Positions 56,420 to 64,000 of a DNA stretch of 64,000 nt are shown here, in pieces. Source of the DNA: Haliotis cracherodii (taxonomy: Eukaryota); the NCBI RefSeq assembly GCF_022045235.1, contig NW_027266308.1:35526001-35590000 (forward strand), written 5' to 3'. Below the pieces are notes generated by a model, which saw nothing but the letters and a program-made list of their open reading frames with translations, searched no databases and was not told where the DNA came from. The position numbers were made by a program, and so were the translations under genes. How positions within the stretch are numbered: the stretch's first letter is position 1; each line of letters begins with the position of its first letter.

Positions 56420-56990
56420 GCATCTTACATAAGACCACCAGTTTGTAAGGTTGCTCTGATTACTACGTAAAATAATCAACATGGACGCCATAAATGTGTT
56501 AAGACCTCCTGTCGGTTTTTAAGAAATATCGTCGGCAGGAACGTTAATTAAACATTTCCCTTGAGTGACGATTGTCAGTATATTGTGTCATCAATTGCCA
56601 GGGATGAAGATCCAGACTAAAGTGTCTGGTGCTGATGGTGTTTCTTATCTGCCACCCCTTTCATCTCCTGTAGCCGTTAATCAATACAACAGATGTACGT
56701 TACAGTTCTTAATGCCCACTCCCTGATTTCTGTACATGGCGTCTGACAGGTTTATCTTCACGCGTCCGCTGTGTGCGTGTTGTTGAATGGTTCTATTGAG
56801 ATCAAAATTAGCCTTGAAATGGCATGATGTATTGTTAAAGACGCAGGTTAATGTCGGTTTGAATATGTCTTTTGTTAGGGAACAATGAAGCATCCCGACA
56901 CGTAATTAAGGCATTGGTGATCTTTGTTGTTCAAACCGTAAATTGTCATTCGACCAGTAAACCCCTAGGCTCCTCTGCCTGTGGAGACGA
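56420..56990 (-). mobile_element. Possible highly decayed BEL/Pao LTR retrotransposon pol remnant
   Basis: QRSLGVYWSNDNLRF (about 56977-56933) and a downstream WSYV. Short motifs only. Confidence 0.3.
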
Positions 56991-59308
56991 CTGGTAAGCA
57001 CCACTAAATGTTGATTTTCTTTTGTACCAACACTAATGTTATGTCAACCAAGTAATTGAACAAATAAACGGGAAAGGGAAAGGGGTTAGGAGGAGTCTCC
57101 TAAATCAAAATGTCTTTTATGAATGGCTTAGCAATTAAGTCATGAAATACTGTACTTATTTGAAACTATACATAGTATTCTATGTTGGAACAACAAACGT
57201 AAAGACTGCCCCGGTGTAGTGATGCAGGAGAGATAAAAGAAAGTAGAACATTTGAATGTTTATTTGGAAATTGTTTACCAATTTTGATAAGAATCTAAAG
57301 ATATTTTTTCCATGATTGCAAAGATGCTTTGGCTTTTTTGTCTGAACCTAGTAAGATTTCAAATATAGAGTACGAAATTCCTTTACTTCCTTCAAACTAG
57401 ATATAATTAGAACGATAAAGGTAAACCCAAATGAGTTATACAATGCCCCTATACTCTAGCTTACACACTTCTAAGTGTAACTTCAATGCACGATTGATAA
57501 GTTTATAATTTCATACAAAAATCAACATAACTTGACACACAAACGTACACACGTTTCCTTGCCTAAATATATGAAAGGTATGACGCTTTTCTGTTAAATT
57601 CCGAAGTTAGTATACCCTCGACACTATCATTTTCATAATAACTGAATTTAATGTCCAGATATGTTCAATTGCGATATTATTGTATTACGAGAGTTAAGAA
57701 TTCAATATTATAAACACAAATGAATTGCGTCATAAGTAGCGTTTTAGATTGTATGTCTTCATTGTCAAGTTAAATTGACTATATTAGCCAACCTATCTGA
57801 TTTAAACATATTTATTTCGTTTACCGTATATTTGGATAAGTAAACAAACAAGAATCATTACGTAAATGCCGCTCCAGGAATACATTTTACAATAGCTGGT
57901 AAAATATACATGTCAATTGTAAACAAATAAAAAATACGATGCATAAAACTGACATTCGTCAAAATGAACTAATTTAAAAAGATTTAACAATCAAAAGCCC
58001 CCAAACATAAGCTAACAATGAAAGCTATATTTTTGGCTGTTTACAAAGACAGCTTCTTTGATTAAAACATCGCGTATCCTCATAACGGAAGTTCAACCTC
58101 TTTCATCATACTACTATGTTTGTAAACTGGGTTCAGTTTGTTTGATAAAATGCAAATAGCCTTGTGTACATCTTATCAATGTCGCATTAAGCAGTTTCAC
58201 TGATCAAAGACATTCAGCTCAAATCGAGTCTTAAAGTTTAAGCTTCTGCGATCAAAGCACACAAGCACAACACTTTGACATGGCAGATTTGTAAACATCA
58301 TGAATGGGATGCCCATTATGTATTACGCCTGGATGGCAATGGTCCGCTCTTACGTCATGTATTACAACGCCTAAAGATAATGTCAGCACCTCTGTTCCCT
58401 AATCTGCTTCTCCCCTGATGTTTATGTACGTTGATTAATACAACAGACCCACAATTCGTTTATTGATGACCGCCATGTTGAGCCCTCACGTCATGAATGA
58501 CAGCATTAGTCTAGCATCGCATTGTTTCGTTGAGCGATGCGTGAGATAGCTGAGCGTAAATTACTCTTAAAAAATACTTTTGTTGTTGGAACAATAGATT
58601 ATCTATTCAGGTTTAGATTATCTGTTCAGTTTTATCCATTGGAAGACTTAATTACAGTTGGCCATCGCAGTTAAATGACACGTAATCCGTGTCATTATTC
58701 CGCACCTTCGCGGTACCGTCTTGCAGTAGACACCAGGGGTTATTGTCTAGGAGTCAACAGATCAAAGAACCACTACATCGATAAACGAGAGAGCGTATAT
58801 ATGGAACAAACTGTTTTACCGTATTTAGCAATATGTGATACTTATCTACTTTTTGCTGTATAATAAAATTATGGTTTCGAAATTTCGAAACGGCGTACGA
58901 CTCATTGACACATTTACTGCATAGAATTCCTTCAACTACAACAACATGTTTCAAATGTTATTTGACATATCATCTCCTTGCATCTTTTGGACATATTTAG
59001 TAGCACATAGGCATATCTATGTACTACAAAGCAATCAGTCAAGTTAATTGAGCCAGGATAATTTAGATAAGAGATAATTTAGTGGTGCCAATTATATGAA
59101 TGGATTGCAGAAAATCAACGAAGACGCCAGGTGTTCGAGAAAGCTGTAAGCTTGTTCTGCTCAACGGGAGTCACCGCCATTGACCCCATTTCAGTCAAAA
59201 GAAGTGCTAGCGAGAAAGGTGGTGTGAAAACACAACAGAATGGGATAGCTTCGCGCATCATGTTGACGAGCGATACTGCAGTATGAGTTTGGTTAAAAGC
59301 CGCTATGA

Positions 59309-59474
59309 GTGAGTGAGTGAGTTTGGTTTTATGCCGCTTTTAGCAATATTACAGCAATATTACGGCGGGGGACACCAGAAATGGGCTTCACACATTGTAC
59401 CCATGTCGGGAATCGAACCCGGGTCTTCGGCGTGACGAGCGAACGCTTAAACCACTAGGCTACCCGACCGCCCC
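59309..59474 (-). mobile_element. SINE family 2 (tRNA-derived head, (ACTC)n tail), full length with 14-bp TSD
   Basis: A box GTAGCCTAGTGG and B box GGTTCGATTCC on the minus strand; TSD AAAAGCCGCTATGA at 59295-59308 and 59475-59488. Confidence 0.85.
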
Positions 59475-59879
59475 AAAAGCCGCTATGAACAGTATTCCAG
59501 TTGTATCACGGCGTGTCAGCTGGATCTGAGAGAAAAGCCTAAGTGATGGAAGTATTAGGCGTTTGCCAGTTTTGATCGCAGATATGGTGCTGGCAAACCT
59601 AGAGGCATAACAATAACCACAATCATAGGTTTCTGGCTAGACTAACATTTAGTCTCTGAAATCTTATATTACACAATATCCTTCTTGACGTTTAAAAAAT
59701 ACCTATGCTGATTTCAGGAATAGAGCTAGCTTGAGCTGGTTAGTCTTGCTTTTGTATGCATTTCGAGATTATTTTTTTTCATAAAATAAATATATTCCAC
59801 GGTCATGGTGCAGAACTAGTTTCTGGCATGCCCAAAGCGGCCTGGGCCAGCCGGCGACAGCGCTAAATGATGTTTGGTA

Positions 59880-60235
59880 AACTGGTTTGCAATAGTGAGA
59901 CCGACTGTTTCATATTTAGATCTACATGTATGCATAAACATTCAGAGGGACAAAAACTTTTCCACAAGGGGGATGACTTCGACTTTCCAATGGTCAACTT
60001 TCCCTTTATGTGGAGCAATATTACTGCAGCTCCAGCCCTTGGTGCCCACCATTTCACAACTTTTGAGGTACAATTGAGCATGCTCTTTCTACCAAAATTT
60101 CAAAGAGCGTCATACTACTCCCAAGCATGGTTACAACATTCAAGGTTCTATGGTAGATATGTGGAAAGCATTTTTAAATTTGACCCATCAGTGATAAAAA
60201 TTATGTCCGATGCAATTCCCTATTTTGACTACCAT
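59880..60235 (+). mobile_element. Decayed Penelope-like reverse transcriptase C-terminal fragment
   Basis: Frameshifted SYLDLHV / KLFHKGDDFDFPMVNFPFMWSNITAAPA / ISQLLRY resembles the Penelope-like motif LYDKRDDFxFxIVNFPxxxSNIPxxPAYGVYISQLIRY. Confidence 0.7.
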
Positions 60236-60247
60236 ATGTAAAGGTGA

Positions 60248-60445
60248 CTATGCTTGTCGTAAGAGGCGACTAACGGGATCGGGTGGACAGGCTCGCTTAC
60301 TTGGTTGATGCATGTCATCGTATCCCAATTGCGTGGATCGATGCTCACGATATCAATCACTGGATTGTCTGGTCCAGACTCGACTATTTACAGACCGCCG
60401 TCACATAGCTGGAATATTGCTGAGTGCGGTGTTAAAAAACAAACA
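60248..60445 (+). mobile_element. SINE family 1 copy
   Basis: atgcttgtcgtaagaggcgactaacgggatcgggtgg...ggaatattgctgagtgcggtgttaaa. Confidence 0.75.
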
Positions 60446-60634
60446 AAGACTTATGAATATGGAAAGGGTTCTGTCGCTTTTATATATCATGTGTGTATGG
60501 ATGTATATTGCATGTAGCACATTCTGTGTAGAACTAAAGGTGTCACTGTTCTTCTCGGGGATTCGACGGTATTAATCCTTTGGGTTATGTAATGTCTATC
60601 AATTAGAAATACTGACTGATACGCCCCGTCCACT

Positions 60635-60845
60635 CATCCGGGGTAGAATAGGTCTTCAGTCACTAATGCTTGTCGTAAAGAGGCGAGTAACAGGATCGGA
60701 CGGTGAAGCTCGCTGACTTGGTTAAAGCTGCATGTTTTCGTATCCCATCGATGTTCATAATGTCAATTCCTGGATTGTCTGGTCCAGACTCTATTATTTA
60801 CAGACCGCCGTCATGTATCCGAGTGAGGCGTTAAACGAAAAAACA
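60635..60845 (+). mobile_element. SINE family 1 copy, more decayed
   Basis: Collinear with 60248-60445. Confidence 0.7.
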
Positions 60846-60929
60846 CCAGTATAATCTTCAAATAATCTCAGTTGTTAGTTTATATGTTATGATGGAACGC
60901 ATAAAGAAACGTGTACTTCAGACAGTGAA

Positions 60930-61106
60930 GGGGGCACGGGTGGCCCACTCGTCTAAGGCGCCGTGATTCGCTGTGCAGAGTTGCGTCCCTTGGGCACGCC
61001 AGAAATCTATGATTGTGGGTTCGCATCCCGGTTCCCCCCGATTATGTTTCTAGGTTTGTCAGCACCATACTCGTCCTCGTGGGTTTCACCAAACTCACTC
61101 ACTCAC
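60930..61106 (+). mobile_element. SINE family 3 copy, internally deleted, 12-bp TSD
   Basis: TSD TCAGACAGTGAA at 60918-60929 and 61107-61118; lacks about 100 bp present in the 20084 copy. Confidence 0.85.
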
Positions 61107-61638
61107 TCAGACAGTGAATGCCCTTGGTCCACTAACAGACATCCATTTTCGAAACGAGCTGTACCAAGTTTTTTAAATGTATGGAAACTATCAATATGGG
61201 CACCTCTTTTAAGGCCAGTGTTTTAAAATGTTTACTTTCCGGCACCTTTCTCGTTAGAACACGCATAACAACTATGAGAAAAACACATATTTTTTAAGAA
61301 ATCTGGTTTATTTAAAAAAACAATAAATCAAATCAACAAATGTAAATATGTAACAATATGTATGGCACCATAAGTCCTCGTATTATATAAATATAAAAAT
61401 AACATCTCTAAAAAATCCCTTTTGGGTATTGCACAAGAAGCCACATGGCTTCATCTATCTGAATGCTTCATTCATCCTTGTCCGCATGAAATACAACACT
61501 GGGTGTTCGCATTTCACATCACTATTTCATAGTGATTCATAAACACATGCTCATGATATACTGATAGTCGGTACAGCATAAGGGACTCAGCATTTATCTT
61601 ATGATAATAGAATTGGTTTGTCACTTGTGATTGAAAGT

Positions 61639-62453
61639 CTATGACTCTCTGCCAATTCCACCATTCTTGGATTCGTGACACAAATTTACCACCAAATAAG
61701 GTAACGCTTGCGTGAATGACTCCATCATCTTTGATCTTTTTTCAACATCCGGGTAACAGGCGTCATCGGAGAGACGTCGCTTTTGACCTCTACCGCAAGT
61801 TCTAGCAGAGAGTAATTCTTCCATGACCGGGGAAGAGGTTAATCTAATGTTGGGGGTTGTATGGTCTGTTTGTTGAGAATCACTTGTTGACAGGGAACTT
61901 TGACTGTCAGTATCCAAGTCAATTAATCCAAATATGTCACTTGGTATCACTGAATCTGCAATGACGTCATCGAGGAGTGTCTGCATGGTAATGTCGTCGA
62001 CAGCGAAACCTTGGTCTGTCAGCAAGGCATCAGTTGATTCTGTAAGAAAAAAGAGCAGTTCATAAGTAATTTTGTTCACTATAGGATCATTTTCAAAATT
62101 ATATGCATAAGCACATGAAAAATGAATCATGTAGAAAACGTAAAATTTTTTTTTCATTATCCGTTACTTTTACGTTCAGATTCTGGTGACAACGTATACA
62201 TACCTATAAGAGAGTATAAATCGCTTTCTAAGACACCGTCCGATTCATGGGAACTTGAAGCACTGTTTGCGTCATGTGTGACAAGCTGAGCGTCATGGTA
62301 GACGTAGTCGCTCCAGTCAGTGGCTATCAACAGAGCAGGCTGGTACATATGTTGAGGGTCATCCAGACCTGGGAACTTGGACATATCCAGATCGTAGGTG
62401 ATGTTGGTGTCGATACTTAGAGTTTGGAGGAGATGAGTAGGTACGTCCATCAT
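61639..62453 (-). CDS. G7: same family, subfamily A, 216 aa; exons 62453-62204 and 62039-61639
   Basis: MMDVPTHLLQTLSIDTNITYDLDMSKFPGLDDP... Donor ATAG|GTATGT; acceptor ttttcttacag|AA; 164-nt phase-1 intron; in frame with ORF 61639..62157. AATAAA at 61312-61307. Confidence 0.85.
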
Positions 62454-62501
62454 ATTGAAGGTGACACATGGGAATAATGCCACAACTCGTTTCACCCGGG
62501 A

Positions 62502-62638
62502 CATATAGGCCTGTCAGTAGCGTGACTCTGTAAATGGACCAATCACATCACACGACACTAATCCTAAACAACCAATCAGACGTGAGTTGATATAATGAGA
62601 AACGCGACGCCGTTAATTATAACGCGAGGAGAGCCAAT
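62502..62638 (-). promoter_or_regulatory. G7 promoter: TATATG and three CCAAT boxes
   Basis: TATA-like element at 62507-62502; CCAAT at 62539, 62572 (33 bp apart) and 62634. Confidence 0.5.
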
Positions 62639-62904
62639 GTGTCAAGCGATTACCGAATTGACACGGAGCACCGTCTCGCCCCAGGGCGTCGCTTGTCAGT
62701 GGGAGGAGATAAACAATACCCCCAAGATATTTACTCGGCTGGGGTGCGAGCTATTATCGGATCATTTATCATCTTATGATGTACACTGTTTATAGATGTG
62801 CCTTGAAATAAACCCCAGACACTGGCGCTTCAGTTTTCTTTCGTTTAACAATAATTTTACATAAATGCGATTTTGAAGACATGTCGAAAACCACGTGGGC
62901 AATA

Positions 62905-63037
62905 NNNNNNNNNNNNNNNNNNNNNNNNNNNNNNNNNNNNNNNNNNNNNNNNNNNNNNNNNNNNNNNNNNNNNNNNNNNNNNNNNNNNNNNNNNNNNNNN
63001 NNNNNNNNNNNNNNNNNNNNNNNNNNNNNNNNNNNNN
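62905..63037. other. Assembly gap (N run)
   Basis: Run of n. Confidence 1.
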
Positions 63038-64000
63038 TGTTATTTCATAGTGATACACACATAAATGCATATGATATAGTCGGAATTGTACAATGAACTT
63101 ATTAAAGATTTCTTAAGATAATGGAAATGATTTTTGTTGCTTTTAACTTTGATGAACCAGGAATACATGGTTTCAAATGTAGTGAGGTAATTTGATTTTA
63201 AGGTTATCTCTCATACAGACCCTCAAACAAACTATATGAAAACTACCATGCAAGTCTGAAACACCCTGTCAAGCCTACAAACTGACGCAATTCTCTAAGA
63301 ATCCTTACTATCATGTATTAAAAAGAAATTTCACCTAAACAATATTAAATATTTACATTTTAGGAGGTAAATGTTCGTCTCGCTTCCACGAATAAGAAGC
63401 AATACATTTAATGTACATCTTATCTGGAGATGATTATTTCAACAAAAGAAGTAAGGGCAATAAAAACTTCATTACTTTACTTATTCAGCGATTAAAAAGG
63501 AGGTATTGTTCCAATAATAGCACCGGTCACACTTTGAACTATAGACCTCCGAGACGCCATGTCCCTGATTACATTAACAAGGGCCATCTTTCACCTGAGT
63601 TCTATTTTTGCTGATACAAGTGGCTATTCATGCGTCGAACGAATTAATAACAGGATGTACACCTTACCTGGACATTATCATCATGTGTCACAACTGACCG
63701 ACCATCTGACCCCAGGGGACATTGGTCGGGACAGAGGAGTCCAACCGTGGATTAAGGGGGAAATTCAATTATGACTAATTTACACAAAATGTCACGTTAG
63801 GGGCGGAGGGGCTGCCCGGGATTAGCTTTTTGTCTTGTATTCATCGCTATTGGCGGTCCTTCTTTGAATTTAACGACAGATGGTAAATGATGCTTACGTG
63901 CAGGTCTTTTATGACATCATTGATGCCAGAGTAATGGTAGCCCTCGTCCGTAATTAACCGTCCCTGAAAGGATTGTTATAGCCCAATTGTTATAAATGAG

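Noticed and set aside
59309-59474. tRNA genes at the SINE heads (also 20084, 42546, 60930)
   Set aside because: A/B boxes are present, but they continue into a shared SINE body and (ACTC)n tail with TSDs; no complete cloverleaf was evident.

Overview
AT-rich, repeat-laden animal genomic DNA. The SINE types resemble those I recall from gastropod molluscs such as abalone; this is an unverified inference. There are two assembly gaps. The dominant feature is a cluster of seven intact two-exon paralogues of a small protein (208-289 aa) that I cannot assign to any known family: G1 and G2 on +, G3-G7 on -, so the two blocks converge. Every copy has a conserved N-terminal motif (PxHxxxxLS[IV]DTxxxYxLD[ML]S[KR]FPGLxDPxxxxxPxLx[IV]A), one phase-1 GT-AG intron, an acidic amphipathic segment at the start of exon 2, a bipartite-NLS-like basic motif, and a CCAAT plus TATA-like promoter. 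In five copies the 114-nt core of exon 1 is about 95-98% identical to G1 at the DNA level, including synonymous sites, while exon 2 has diverged strongly. One copy (G5) is visibly chimeric. Together this points to localised gene conversion. The intergenic space holds three SINE families, decayed LINE/Penelope/LTR fragments, MITEs, a nested palindrome, local duplications and microsatellites.
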